NCBI GenBank assembly: GCA_951406725.2 | Contig: OX597821.1 | Location: 116,932,001-116,996,000 of the forward strand | DNA length: 64,000 nt | Source of the DNA: Octopus vulgaris | Taxonomy: Eukaryota | Direction of reading: 5' to 3' | Part shown: positions 1 to 14,090 of the stretch, piece by piece | Numbering within the stretch: position 1 is the first letter of the stretch | Layout of the letters: every line of letters starts with the position of its first letter | The notes under the pieces: model-generated | Told to the model about the DNA's origin: nothing | Seen by the model: the letters and a program-made list of their open reading frames with translations, nothing else | Databases searched by the model: none | Program-made: the position numbers and the translations under genes

Positions 1-231
1 TGTTACACGAAATCAAATTTGACATAATCTGTACCTACCTACCTACCTGGCTACCCTCCATTCTTCATCCATTTATTCATTCATTCATTTTCTTCCCCCA
101 CTATTCTTTGGAGACTCGTGAGGATGGAAACCTTCTCCATCGGGTCCTACCAGAAACAACCGATATAACACTTTCCTACTGAATCCCCAAGCGTGACCGA
201 CTCTAAAGTGTATTATCCAATCCTTTCATTC

Positions 232-463
232 TTATTTCTTTATTGCCCACAAGGGGCTAAACACAGAGAGGACAAACAAAGACAGACAAACGGATTAAGT
301 CGATTATATCGACCCCAGTGTGTAACTAGTACTTATTTAATCGACCCCGAAAGGATGAAAGGCAAAGTCGACCTCGGGTGAATTTGAACTCAGAACGCAG
401 CGACAGACGAAATACCTCTAAACATTTCGCCCAGCGTGCTAACGTTTCTGCCAACTCGCCGCC
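232..463 (-). mobile_element. tRNA-derived SINE, family B
   Basis: Minus strand reads GGCGGCGAGTTGGCAGAAACGTTAGCACG...GAGTTCAAATTC (A/B-box-like head), then GCCTTTCATCCTTTCGGGGTCGAT. Related copies at ~31590, 38998, 53280, 55848, 58745 and 61793. Confidence 0.8.
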
Positions 464-559
464 TTGTCCAATCCTCTCATTCTTGGTCAATCCCTAAGTC
501 CACTGCTGGTTGGCTCAGCTTGAAAATTCCATCTTGTGATTCTTTTCTGTGATGTTCTA

Positions 560-950
560 GTATGTCCATAGCATCTGAGCAGTAACCTCCCAATGCGGGG
601 AAATAGCAGTTGAACCTGGAGAGACCCACGTCTCCGAGCTATACACCCTGTTGAGTAACGTTACTCCAGAGATCCTTCAGAGGAACTCCGTTTCAGGTGC
701 ATGCCTTCACGATCCTACTCTTTCAATCATTACCGAACATTCACGACTATAAGCAAGGATAAGCACAAAGACTGAATCGAAGAAAAGCATGTTTGACTTT
801 TTTTTTACCAGTCCTCCTCTTTTGGTGATCGAATGCTGAAGCTGGTGCCTTACTATGCCAGCATCTGCAATTGTAGCATCAAATCCAGCCTTCTGTCTTC
901 CGTCACTCGCTAACACGGCTCGGAGATACTTTAACTTCTTCGCTTGTCTC
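560..950 (-). mobile_element. Decayed LINE (RTE-like) RT C-terminal fragment
   Basis: ORF 707-970 (KLKYLRAVLASDGR...LFFDSVFVLILAYSRECSV) resembles the RTE motif FKYLG...LFxSxxxPxLxYGxE. It is interrupted by the SINE at 954. Confidence 0.5.
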
Positions 951-953
951 AAG

Positions 954-1254
954 TGGAGGCACATGGCCAAGTGGTTAGAGCAGCGTACTCGTGGTTGAGG
1001 GATCGCGGGTTCGAATCTCAGACCGGGCGATATGTGTATTTTTGAGCGAAATACCTAAGCTCCACGCGGCTCCGGCAGAAGGTGATGGCGAACTTCTGCT
1101 GACTCTTTCGCCACAACTTTCCCTCAGTCTTTCCTCCTGCATCTTGCAGCTCACCTGCGACGGACCAGCGTCCCGTCCAGGTGGGGAACCTATACGCCAA
1201 GGAAACCGGGAAACCGGCCCTATCAGCCAGGCGTGGCTCGAGAAGGAACAAACG
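954..1254 (+). mobile_element. tRNA-headed SINE with V-domain-like core
   Basis: A box TGGCCAAGTGG and B box GGTTCGAATCT. Core CCTGCGACGGACCAGCGTCCCGTCCAGG resembles the V-SINE domain as I recall it. The head is shared with the copy at 46236. Confidence 0.65.
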
Positions 1255-1669
1255 ACTTGACTCAGTAATGTTCCACTAACATGTAGAGAAGATGATTCCG
1301 TCAATTATTTTATACGTCCATGCAGTTGCGACCAGATATAAGTAGCGATTCGGGTCCCATACCGTTGACCCCGAGGAGCATTCAGGAACTTGAAACTGGT
1401 GACGAGCCAGGCCGTTGCACAAAGTCAACCTCGGTCGAATTTGAACTCTGATCATTGAGAGCTGGAACAAACATCGCAACAGATTCTCAGCGATGCTCTA
1501 ACGACTTTCACCAATCAACCACCAAACTGTAATACGATATCAATTGTCACAAAACTCTGTGAATTAACCGAACCGAAATAAAAGACCTGAAGATACCATA
1601 TTAGAGTATAAAGACTTATTTCAGGCGATCCAATGCTTTGTTACTGTATAAATATATATGTGTGTGTGC

Positions 1670-1812
1670 ATGTATGTATGTATGTATGTATGTATGTATG
1701 TATGTATGTATGTATGTATGTATGTATGTATGTATGTATGTATGTATGTATGTATGTATGTATGTATGTATGTATGTATGTATGTATGTATGTATGTATG
1801 TATGTATGTATG

Positions 1813-1843
<31 letters not shown>

Positions 1844-4800
1844 GTATGTATGTATGTATGTATGTATGTATGTATGTATGTATGTATGTATGTATGTATG
1901 AATGTATGTAAGTATGTATGTATGTATGTATGTATGTATGTATGTATGTATGCATGTATGAATGTATGTAAGTATGTATGTATGTATGTATGTATGTATG
2001 TATGTATGTATGTATGAATGTATGTATGTATGTATGTATGTATGTATGTATGTATGTATGTATGTATGTATGTATGTATGTATGTATGTATGTATGTATG
2101 TATGTATGTATGTATGTATGTATGTATGTAGTGTGTGTATGTATGTATGTATGTATGTATGTATGTATGTATGTATGTATGTATGTATGTATGTATGTAT
2201 GTATGTATGTATGTATGTATGTATGTATGTATGTATGTATGTATGTATGTATGTATGTATGTATGTATGTGTGTATGTATGTATGTATGTATGTATGTAT
2301 GTATGTATGTATGTATGTATGTATGTATGTATGTATGTGTGTATGTATGTATGTATGTATGTATGTATGTATGTATGTATGTGTGTATGTATGTATGTAT
2401 GTATGTATGTATGTATGTATGTATGTATGTATGTATGTATGTATGTATGTATGTATGTATGTATGTATGTATGTATGTATGTATGTATGTATGTATGTAT
2501 GTATGTATGTATGTATGTATGTATGTATGTATGTATGTATGTATGTATGTATGTATGTATGTATGTATGTATGTATGTATGTATGTATGTATGTATGTAT
2601 GTATGTATGTATGTATGTATGTATGTATGTATGTATGTATGTATGTATGTATGTATGTATGTATGTATGTATGTATGTATGTATGTATGTATGTATGTAT
2701 GTATGTATGTATGTATGTATGTATGTATGTATGTATGTATGTATGTATGTATGTATGTATGTATGTATGTATGTATGTATGTATGTATGTATGTATGTAT
2801 GTATGTATGTATGTATGTATGTATGTATGTATGTATGTATGTATGTATGTATGTATGTATGTATGTATGTATGTATGTATGTATGTATGTATGTATGTAT
2901 GTATGTATGTATGTATGTATGTATGTATGTATGTATGTATGTATGTATGTATGTATGTATGTATGTATGTATGTATGTATGTATGTATGTATGTATGTAT
3001 GTATGTATGTATGTATGTATGTATGTATGTATGTATGTATGTATGTATGTATGTATGTATGTATGTATGTATGTATGTATGTATGTATGTATGTATGTAT
3101 GTATGTATGTATGTATGTATGTATGTATGTATGTATGTATGTATGTATGTATGTATGTATGTATGTATGTATGTATGTATGTATGTATTGTATGTATGTA
3201 TGTATGTATGTATGTATGTATGTATGTATGTATGTATGTATGTATGTATGTATGTATGTATGTATGTATGTATGTATGTATGTATGTATGTATGTATGTA
3301 TGTATGTATGTATGTATGTATGTATGTATGTATGTATGTATGTATGTATGTATGTATGTATGTATGTATGTATGTAGGTGTATGTATGTATGTATGTATG
3401 TATGTATGTATGTATGTATGTATGTATGTATGTATGTATGTATGTATGTATGTATGTATGTATGTATGTATGTGGTGTATGTATGTATGTATGTATGTAT
3501 GTATGTGGTGTATGTATGTATGTATGTATGTATGTATGTATGTATGTATGTATGTATGTATGTATGTATGTATGTATGTATGTATGTATGTATGTATGTA
3601 TGTATGTATGTATGTATGTATGTATGTATGTATGTATGTATGTATGTATGTATGTATGTATGTATGTATGTATGTATGTATGTATGTATGTATGTATGTA
3701 TGTATGTATGTATGTATGTATGTATGTATGTATGTATGTATGTATGTATGTATGTATGTATGTATGTATGTATGTATGTATGTATGTATGTATGTATGTA
3801 TGTATGTATGTATGTATGTATGTATGTATGTATGTATGTATGTATGTATGTATGTATGTATGTATGTATGTATGTATGTATGTATGTATGTATGTATGTA
3901 TGTATGTATGTATGTATGTATGTATGTATGTATGTATGTATGTATGTATGTATGTATGTATGTATGTATGTATGTATGTATGTATGTATGTATGTATGTA
4001 TGTATGTATGTATGTATGTATGTATGTATGTATGTATGTATGTATGTATGTATGTATGTATGTATGTATGTATGTATGTATGTATGTATGTATGTATGTA
4101 TGTATGTATGTATGTATGTATGTATGTATGTATGTATGTATGTATGTATGTATGTATGTATGTATGTATGTATGTATGTATGTATGTATGTATGTATGTA
4201 TGTATGTATGTATGTATGTATGTATGTATGTATGTATGTGTGTATGTATGTATGTATGTATGTGTGTATGTATGTATGTATGTATGTATGTATGTATGTA
4301 TGTATGTATGTATGTATGTATGTATGTATGTATGTATGTATGTGTGTATGTATGTATGTATGTATGTATGTATGTATGTATGTATGTATGTATGTATGTA
4401 TGTATGTATGTATGTATGTATGTATGTATGTATGTATGTATGTATGTATGTATGTATGTATGTATGTATGTATGTATGTATGTATGTATGTATGTATGTA
4501 TGTATGTATGTATGTATGTATGTATGTATGTATGTATGTATGTATGTATGTATGTATGTATGTATGTATGTATGTATGTATGTATGTATGTATGTATGTA
4601 TGTATGTATGTATGTATGTATGTATGTATGTATGTATGTATGTATGTATGTATGTATGTATGTATGTATGTATGTATGTATGTATGTATGTATGTATGTA
4701 TGTATGTATGTATGTATGTATGTATGTATGTATGTATGTATGTATGTATGTATGTATGTATGTATGTATGTATGTATGTGTGTATGTATGTATGTATGTA

Positions 4801-4894
4801 TGTATGTATGTATGTATGTATGTATGTATGTATGTATGTATGTATGTATGTATGTATGTATGAATGTATGTATGTAAGTATGTATGTATGTATG

Positions 4895-4925
<31 letters not shown>

Positions 4926-4994
4926 GTATGTATGTATGTATGTATGTATGTATGTATGTATGTATGTATGTATGTATGTATGTATGTATGTATG

Positions 4995-5028
<34 letters not shown>

Positions 5029-5520
5029 TGTATGTATGTATGTATGTATGTATGTATGTATGTATGTATGTATGTATGTATGTGTGTATGTATGTATGTA
5101 TGTATGTATGTATGTATGTATGTATGCATGTATGTATGTATGTATGTATGTATGTATGAATGTATGTATGTAAGTATGTATGTATGTATGTATGTATGTA
5201 TGTATGTATGTATGTATGTATGTATGTATGTATGTATGTATGTATGTATGTATGTATGTATGTATGAATGTATGTGTGTATGTATGTATGTATGTATGTA
5301 TGTATGTATGTATGTATGTATGTATGTATGTATGTATGTATGTGTGTATGTATGAATGTATGTATGTATGTATGTATGTATGTATGTATGTATGTATGTA
5401 TGTATGTATGTATGTATGAATGTATGTATGTATGTATGTATGTATGTATGTATGTATGTATGTATGTATGTATGTATGTATGTATGTATGTATGTGTGTA
5501 TGTATGTATGTATGTATGCG
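1670..5520. repeat. ~3.85 kb (TATG)n microsatellite
   Basis: Near-perfect TATG array with sparse TGTG/TAAG/AATG variants; source of all YIHT/MYVC ORFs. Confidence 0.98.
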
Positions 5521-5654
5521 TGCATACATATAAGGTTCGACCAGAACTGGACCAGCCCATGTCTAACTTAATAGCACCATGTGTGTGTGTTTGTGTGCAT
5601 GGAAGTGTGTACATACATACATGCATACATACATACATATTGTATATATGATGT

Positions 5655-5667
5655 TGGTGGCGGTGGT

Positions 5668-5704
<37 letters not shown>

Positions 5705-5845
5705 GCGATGGTTGTGGTGGTGGTGGCGGTGGTGGTGGTGGTGGTGGCGGCGGTGGTGGTGGTGGTGGCGGTGGCGGCGGCGGCGGCGTGGTGGTGGTGG
5801 TGGTGGTGGCGGCGGCGGCGGCGGCGGCGGTGGTGTTGGTGGTAG
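5655..5845. repeat. (GGT/GGC)n trinucleotide repeat
   Basis: Mixed GGT/GGC array seen directly. Confidence 0.95.
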
Positions 5846-6174
5846 TTATGCTGCTGAACACTATGGTGTCAGCGCTGGAAGTGGTGTTCAACAGTGTTTA
5901 TGGCCTGTTATGATCGATAGGTTATCGAGTGGAGAAAGACAATATCTCCGTCGGCGGCGGTTATAATTGGCCGCTAACAAACTTATCGATGGCCTTGCAA
6001 GCAGCACGAACAGCTTTTAAACGTTTGCATTTGTATTGAGATTTCTTCTTTAAAATAGCCCTTCCCCGCCTGGATTGGTTGATGCGTATCAATCTATGTA
6101 TGTATGTATGTGTGTATGTATGTATGTATGTATGTATGTATGTATGTATGTATGTATGTATGTATGTGTTTACA

Positions 6175-6850
6175 AATTACACAGGTTTTAACTTATAATG
6201 GTAATGAAGAAAATTGTTGTATACAATGCTCAGGTGCACTACAACTAAAAAAAAGGGGGCGGCTTCAGGTGTACTGGTGGCGGATTTCAGGAAGCAGAGA
6301 AGTTTAGAAGGGTGTAGTGTCTCGACAGCTAACAAGTGATGTGGGTAGTATATTCCATTGTTCAGCAATTCTGAGCGTGAAAAAATGTTTCTGAAAGTCA
6401 CGGGTGTTGTGTTGTTTTATGATTTTATAAGCATGTCCGCGAATGTTTGACATATGGAATTCAAACAAGTGCCCAAGGTTGTTGTTGGAAAGATGGTGGA
6501 TATGGATAATCTTGTGGGTGTTTACCAAGTCAGTTGCCAGACGTCTGAGCTTCAATGTATCCATTCCCAAGGAAGCAAGACGTTCAGAGTATGGTAGATG
6601 TCTGGCGGTGGGTATTCGTTTTGTTGCACATTTCTGAACAGTCTCCAGGAGATTTATATGCTGAGCAAAATAAGAGTTCCAGACTAGTGATGGAAATTCC
6701 AAGTGTGGACGTACCGTTATCGTATACAATTTTAAATAGATAACTGGAGAGTGGCTGACAAAGATCTTACTGAGTGATGCTAGGACCCCCTCAGTCTTCT
6801 TGACAATCTTAGAGATGTGGTTTGTCCAACGCAGATCATTGTTTACGATC
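6175..6850 (-). mobile_element. 5'-truncated CR1/L2-clade LINE fragment (RT C-terminus and 3' end)
   Basis: ORF 6304-6729: YTITVRPHLEF...LETVQKCATK...YSERL...LKLRR...RGH...FFTLR...WN.LP, the typical C-terminal motif series of CR1-like ORF2. Confidence 0.85.
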
Positions 6851-6906
6851 GTCTTGCATATTTTTGCTGTTCCACTTACAGATAGTGTTTGTAATGTACG
6901 TAGTAG

Positions 6907-6954
<48 letters not shown>

Positions 6955-7117
6955 CTTCTATTTTTAATTCCTGTAACGAAGGAACTGGTTTCTAACAAAG
7001 AGGTAAAGCTCTACAGTTGGAACGTAAATATCAAAAATAATGTCATATTATCAACTTGAGAAAAATCTTACATATTTTTATTGCTCCACTTACAGATCGT
7101 GTTTGTAATGTCCCTGT

Positions 7118-7151
<34 letters not shown>

Positions 7152-9354
7152 TGTATGTATGTATGTATGTATGTATGTATGTATGTATGTATGTATGTAT
7201 GTATGTATGTATTTTTGATTATTTGAAGTCTTCCTGTAAGGAAGGAGCTGGTAAGATGAAAAGCTCCATATTTGGAATGTAGACATAAGTGTCTGTGTTT
7301 GTCCCCCCAATATCACTTGACAACCGATGCAGGTGTGTTTACGTCCCCGTAACTCAGCGGTTCGGCAAAAGAGACCGATAGAATAAGTACTAGGCTTACA
7401 AAGAATAAATCCTTGGGTCGATTTGCTTGACTAAAGGCGGTGCTCCAGCATGGCCGCAGACAAATGACTGAAACAAGTAAAAGAATAAAAGAATATATAC
7501 ATACACATACATACATACAGACAGACAGACAGATAGATAGATGTGCGTGCGTGCGCGCATTCAGAAGCAAAACATCTACATATACACACAGGAGAGGGCG
7601 TGTATAGACACACGTGCGCGCGAACGTAATGGCTGTACCCAGTAGAGCCGAGCGAATCGGGAAAGAACAAATAAAAGAATGTACATGTATACATGTATGC
7701 ATATACATACATACATACATACATACATACATACATACACACGTACATACACACTCACATATACTTACACGAGCACTCATTACTAGCAGCGCTGCCCATC
7801 CTTGTCCGGGCCTATTAATAGCTAACATAAATATAACCATATGCATTTGCCGCTTTAGACTGGCGACAACCTTTAGTTTGGTCTTGGAATCGCAGAATTA
7901 TTGCATTCCAGTAATTCAGAAGGTTTTCCAAGACAAGCTTCAGAAAAATGCGCAAAAATAAAATAGAATAAAACAAAAGTTTAGTATACGCAGTTGAGAC
8001 AGTATTCAGTAGTCATCTGTGCCATATTTGAAGTATAAAAGCAGTTGGGAGGCCAGTAACTGCGGAATTTGTCCTAATATTACATCGCTTATTGATGTGC
8101 TGTGTTAAACCCACAATAAATATTGACAGAAAAATCGCCCCAGTCGTAGTCAGCAAGAACGCCAAATGCTTTTCAACTTTTTAGAGCCTTACCAATGACA
8201 TTTAGTCGCAGCTAGCTATATGCTTCGGTGAGAATTCGTCACCTAATGATATAGGAAACAGTGAATAAAACACACGCTGATGTTGCGAATAGCTGTCAAG
8301 CTGAATAAAAATCCGGTATCTGCAATAGAAACAGTATTAAATTTTAAAATCCATTTATGTATCATACTTAATATACACCGTTGATAGGCTAGTTATGGCA
8401 GTAAATATCCTGAGATAACATCTTTTATGGACGTGCAGTGTTAATAACAATAAATAACATTGTTTCTTATATTGGTAGACTTCAAATTCTCGTCCGAGCG
8501 GGTGGCTGACTGAGATTGTATGTCATTGAAAAGTCCGAAATGCCCCTAGTGTTCTCGCTGATCGTTGCTGTGGCGATTTTCCGTCTACCTCCAATACTCA
8601 TATTGGATAAAACGATTCTGAAGTTCTTTCCTCACAGTAGGATAATATAGCTTAGGGACATTCAGGCGTCGATGAATCCAAGCTGGCCCTCTTTTCTCTT
8701 TCACTCTACTATCCTGAACTTTGATCGTCCAACACAACGATCCATGAAACGGTTTGCTTGTGGAAAGTGACCCCAACAAAAACCAAGACTACAATTTATG
8801 GATTGTATAAAGTTCTCGTCGAAAACATGAGATTTCAGTTGGGGCAACTCTTTGATTAAGCTGAGTTGCCCCTAATTCAAAGTGTTTTATGATCGAAGTG
8901 TAACTTAAATTGAACCGTTTTGTTAATTCCTATACAATTTATTTTGGATTTTCCTCAGCTAGAGTCAATATTTGACAGAACTTAATTATCCAAATCGAGA
9001 GGAATCTGCGAGAAAAAACATTTCCCGAACGAAACCATGGCTTGTATGTTTGGACTTCCACAGACAGAACGAATATTTCTTGCCGCCATTCATTACTGAA
9101 GAGCCCTTTTTTAAAACATTTACAGCATGAAGTGTCTAACATGCGTTTGATCTAAACTCGTTTTAAAAAAATTCGATACGAATTTAACCAGCTTGGTACA
9201 AATTAACATGCAAAGAAAGAGAAAAAAAAGACACCATATTACTTATTTTACACCAAGTATTGAGAAAGTACGCTCAAAGTGATTAGATCAAAAATGAAAC
9301 AGGCTTTTCATTCCAGCTTGATATATGAAGAGAAGACATGTTTGAGAAGAGAAA

Positions 9355-9753
9355 TCTGTATATATATAAAGCTGAAGTTGTCTGTGTATGGCAGGTTTGG
9401 TAACCTTCAATTAACACTATCTCCTCCGAGACCCTGCGGTGCAAGTTGACCAAAATTGAGAGTATGATAGAAGAAGGCTTGCTCTTCATTCCGTAGAATA
9501 AAGCATTCAAATCGGACCATGTTAAGACCAAAAATTATTTACATCAAAAAGGTGCTTTTTTTTCTATGAAAATCCCTATTTATTACGATTTTTTTACTGC
9601 TGTGTCGCCATTTTTCGGTGTATTTCAACCAGAAAAATGTCCACTTAAAGAGAATAACGAGCTACATAATGCAAATTTTTTACTTTTCAAAATTTCCAAT
9701 GCTAAAGGGTCGAAAAGAAAAGAAGCCCGAGCAACGCTGGGCTATACTGCTAG
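9355..9753 (+). mobile_element. Non-autonomous Helitron
   Basis: 5' TC(TGTATATATATAAAG), subterminal hairpin GCCCGAGC-AAC-GCTGGGC, 3' CTAG, inserted between A and T. A second copy lies at 47663-48056. Confidence 0.85.
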
Positions 9754-10884
9754 TATCGATAGAAACGAGATAGAGGTGTTAACACCATAAACAACCGATT
9801 ATTCGAAACCCAGCAAGCAGTTCATACGACAACTGTCTGCTGTAATTTCTTTTTCTTGAAAACAAACTGTTTTCTTTATTTTATCACATACTTCCACATT
9901 TATAAAACTTCCTTTGTTCCACTCTTTCAAACCTGTACAGTAGTTGTACAGTTGTTATTTCTGGTGCATCTCCTCTGCACACATCGTTGTTTTTCCTTTT
10001 TTTTTTTTCTCTTTTTTATCTTTTTTTTTAATATACATTAATCCCCAGTCGTGTTATGTACACAACAATGTAATCCTGCTTCGCCACCGATAGATTTACA
10101 ACATTAAATAAATAGCACAGCGAACACACGGAGCTACTCTCGATAAAGCCTGCTTTGTGTGTGTGTATGTGTGTGTGACCTTTAAAACTTTACTATAGGT
10201 GACGTTGCATTGTTCCCCTACCACCACCGCCACCACAACCGTCGCCTCCGCCACCATAGCTACTCTACAACTACAACTATTACCACTACCACCAGCGTCA
10301 CCACCACCGTTGTCCTCGCACCTTTGTTGTGAATACCTGTGATTGGCAGGAGACTACACACTAAGCGATAAAGGGCATCGCAGCAGCGGTAGCAGCAATG
10401 ATAATATAACAAACAAGAGCCGTCGAGGAAACCCCTTGTATGGTCACTAAAACCTGCTTGAAATAGTAGCTAAATTTTCCTAAAATTAGAGCCTGTAGTT
10501 TTGGATTAAAAATACAAAACAAAAAACAAATATTGGATCAGTGTAGATAGGTTATATCTAAATAACAGAATCTTTTTGAGCGTCGAACAAAATACTTGCT
10601 GGTATTTTAAGCCCGAAGCTTAGAAGACACTTGCTCAAGGTGTTACGCAATGGCACTGAACATGGATCCATGCAATTGGGAAGCAAGCTTCTTACCACAC
10701 AGCCACACCTGCGCATGTATATTTATATATACACACATACATACTATATATATATATATATACAGACACACACACTCACACATACATATGGGGCATATTA
10801 TATACATATGATTGATTGATTCTAGTTTCAGCTCATGAGCTGTGGCCATGCTGGGGCACCGCCATATGTATATAATATATTTTT

Positions 10885-11102
10885 TATTCTTTTATTCTTT
10901 TGTTTCAGTCATTTGACTGCGGCCATGTGGTGCACCGCCTTTAGTCGAACAAATCGATCTCAGGACTTATTCTTTGTAAGACTAGTACTTATTTTATCGG
11001 TCTCTTTTGCCGAACCAATAAGTTAAGGGGACGTAGATATACCAGCATCGGTTGTCAAGCGATGTTGGGGGACAAACACAGACACACAAACATACACACA
11101 CA

Positions 11103-11142
<40 letters not shown>

Positions 11143-11258
11143 CGGCGAGCTTCTTTAAGTTTCCACTCATAAGGCTTTTGTCGGCCCGAGGCTATAGTAG
11201 AAGACACTTGCCCAAAGTGTCACGCAGTGGGATTGAACCCAGAACCATGTGGTTAGTA
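10885..11258 (-). mobile_element. SINE family A (head truncated)
   Basis: Reverse complement of the 20605-20990 element, with an internal CA/TG tract. Confidence 0.8.
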
Positions 11259-11269
11259 ACTTTGAAAAC

Positions 11270-12260
11270 TTTGATAGATTACGGCCAGTATAGGCCCAGG
11301 CCATGTCTAACTTAACAACACCACCTGGTGAAGTCTTTTAGTCATATATGGGGCACCATGGCCCACTCTAGCAAAGAGTTATTATTGTTGGAGACATATC
11401 CAGATGTATGAAATTGGTCCGGGATATTTTGAAGAAATTTGTCCAGTGAACATTTGAATTTTATGGGATCCGTTTCCGTTTGACGTATTTTGGTTTGGTA
11501 TAAAAAAGAGCTGGACCGGCTGAGGTAAAGAAATTGTGACGTAATGTTGCTAGGTGTACCGAGTTCGATCTCTGTAGTGAGCGGATAGCACGGGAGCCAA
11601 GTCTTGGATGGATTTTAAAATTGATGCCAACATCATTTGTGCAATATTGATGGAATATTTTCCACGTCACAGAAATGATGTAGCGCTCCCAGCGGGGTTG
11701 GAGAGAGAAGAGATTGAGTTTTCTTAGTCGACGCCAATAGTCAATGCCTCTCATGCCGTCTGTCTTTCTTGTTATGGGCCTCTGGAGTGCTTCTACTTTC
11801 ATAATGAGTTGCTTCGCATGGGGGGGGCACATTTGGGCAACAGTACTCAAGGTGGGGTCGGGTAAAAGTAGAGTAGAGAAGGATGATGGTGTAGGCATCT
11901 CTAGATCGGAAAGTTCTCAGAATCCAGGAGCACATTTTGCAGGCCAAGTCAACCTTGCTGTTTACGTGGGAACTCCAGTTTAGATTGTAATCAACAATTA
12001 CTCCAAGATCTCTGGTATTGTTGGATGACATTAGGGAGTCGCCCGAGGGAAGACATATGGTAATTTCAGAGTTTCCTCTTTCCCAAAGTGGATTAAATCA
12101 AACGTATCTTCATTTAAAAGCATATTATTTTTTCCACCCATTGGACAATAGCAAACAGATCTGACTGAAAGCATGTTCAGTCTCTCATGCAGTTTATGGC
12201 TTTCTGGAATTTGGAATCATCCGCAAAGATTTTCAATGTACAATGTTTGATGACATCTTC
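11270..12260 (-). mobile_element. 5'-truncated CR1-like LINE fragment
   Basis: Minus frames give KIFADDSK, RDLGVIVD.NL.W..HV, RPHLEYCC and LQPRWERY, with frameshifts. The 3' UTR end matches the copy at 12250-13205. Confidence 0.85.
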
Positions 12261-13205
12261 CATTGAAAATAGCATCATAAAAATATTTGCTGGTGACGCT
12301 AGACTCCAGAAGGGAGCATATGATCGAACAATGCTTCAATCGGACCTGTGCGCAGTAACCCAGTGGTCACAGAAAAACATGAGCTCATCCACTTTGGAAG
12401 AGAGGGCACACTCAAACAATCATATACATTACCCTCGGGAGACCTACTTGAACCGTCGGATAATATCAGAGACTTAGGCGTAACTGTCGACAGCAACCTT
12501 AGTTGGAGTGTGCACATCAACAAAAAAGTCGACGTTGCCTGTAGAATACGCTCATGGATCCTCAGAACTTTTCAATCTAGAGATCATGAAACCACCCATC
12601 CGTCTCTTCTCCACATTCGCTAAGCCCCATCTCGAATACTGCTGCCCATTGTGGTCCCCCTACAAAAAAAAAACTTTATGAAAATCGAAGTGCCACAAAG
12701 AAAATAAATGGCATAATGGGACTTGATTACTGGACTCGACTTAAACAGCTGAAGCTCTATTTTCTGCAATGCCGCCGTGAGCGAGACATTATTTGCACCA
12801 TGTGGAAAATATTCCACCAATATTATCCAAATGATATCGGTATTACGTTTACAAGTCACCCAAGACTAGGCCCCCGTGCAATGCGCCCCCTACAAAGGTC
12901 GAGATCACATCACATAAGAACATTGTGACACAATTTCTTCACTGCAAATAGTCCTGCACTTTTCAATATCATCCTGAAAGAAATTAAAGTAGAAAAAGAC
13001 CCCACAACTTTCAGACGGTAAGTGGAGAAATTCCTCCAGGAAATACCGGATAAACCACCTAAACCTGGATGCGTCTCAACCAACAACAACTCTCTGCTTG
13101 AGTGGTCCATGGTGTCCTGAAACAATTAACTAAAAGACTTTTCCAGGTGGTGCTACTGTGTTAGTCATGGCCTGGGCCGATTATGGCCAAAACCAATCTA
13201 AGTTA
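12250..13205 (+). mobile_element. 5'-truncated CR1-like LINE fragment (same family, opposite orientation)
   Basis: Plus frames give KIFAGDARL, RDLGVTVDSNLSW, PHLEYCCPLW and LQCRRER, with frameshifts. It is followed by a (TATG)n tract. Confidence 0.85.
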
Positions 13206-13212
13206 TCTAAGT

Positions 13213-13395
13213 ATATGTGTGTATGTATGTATGTATGTATGTATGTATGTATGCATGCATGTATGTATGTATGTATGTATGTATGTATGTATGTATGTAC
13301 GTACGTACGTATGTATGTATTATGTATGTATGTATGTATGTATGTATGTATGTATGTATGTATGTATGTATGTATGTATGTATTATGTATGTATG

Positions 13396-13429
<34 letters not shown>

Positions 13430-13477
13430 TGTATGTATGTATGTATGTATTATGTATGTATGTATATATATGTATGT
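13213..13477. repeat. (TATG)n microsatellite
   Basis: Seen directly, immediately 3' of the LINE. Confidence 0.95.
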
Positions 13478-13754
13478 AGTCAGGTAGAATGATAGGTATA
13501 TTTGGTTGTGTTGTGTTAAGCACACAACTGCGATTTGTTTTTGTTTTTCAACAGAGAGGAAATTAGAAACTGCGATGTTTATAGTTTATCTTGATTTATT
13601 GGAGATAACAACTGATTTCATTTAATTGTTTCTCTTCCGCTTTATAAAAAAGTCTGTCTAGCATCTAATTAGAGAAAATAATGGCGCTAATTTCTTAATT
13701 AGCCACGAAATATTTTGTAAGAAAGCATGACATTAGCTTATACCGTCTCTCTGT

Positions 13755-14043
13755 GATGATAATGGTGGTGGTGGTGGTGGTGGTGGTGGTGGTGGTGGTG
13801 GTGGTGGTGATGGTAGTGAAGATAACGACGACGACGACGACGATGATGATGAGATGATAGCAACGACGACGACGATGATGATGATGATGATGATGATAGT
13901 CATGATGGATCAACGAAAATGATAATGGTGGTGGTAGTGAAAGTGACGACGACAACAATAACGGTGGTGATGATGATGGTGATGATGATGATGATGATGA
14001 TGATGATGAGGATGACGACGATGATGACGATGATGATGACGAC

Positions 14044-14074
<31 letters not shown>

Positions 14075-14090
14075 GTGGTTGTGGTGGCAG
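13755..14090. repeat. Compound (GGT)/(GAT)/(GAC)n repeat
   Basis: Seen directly. Confidence 0.9.

Noticed and set aside
954-1030. tRNA gene
   Set aside because: The tRNA-like head continues into a SINE body and lacks a clean cloverleaf and terminator.
1616-5651. ORFs of up to 1340 aa (YIHT/MYVC repeats)
   Set aside because: Translations of a stop-free (TATG)n microsatellite in multiple frames; no coding evidence.
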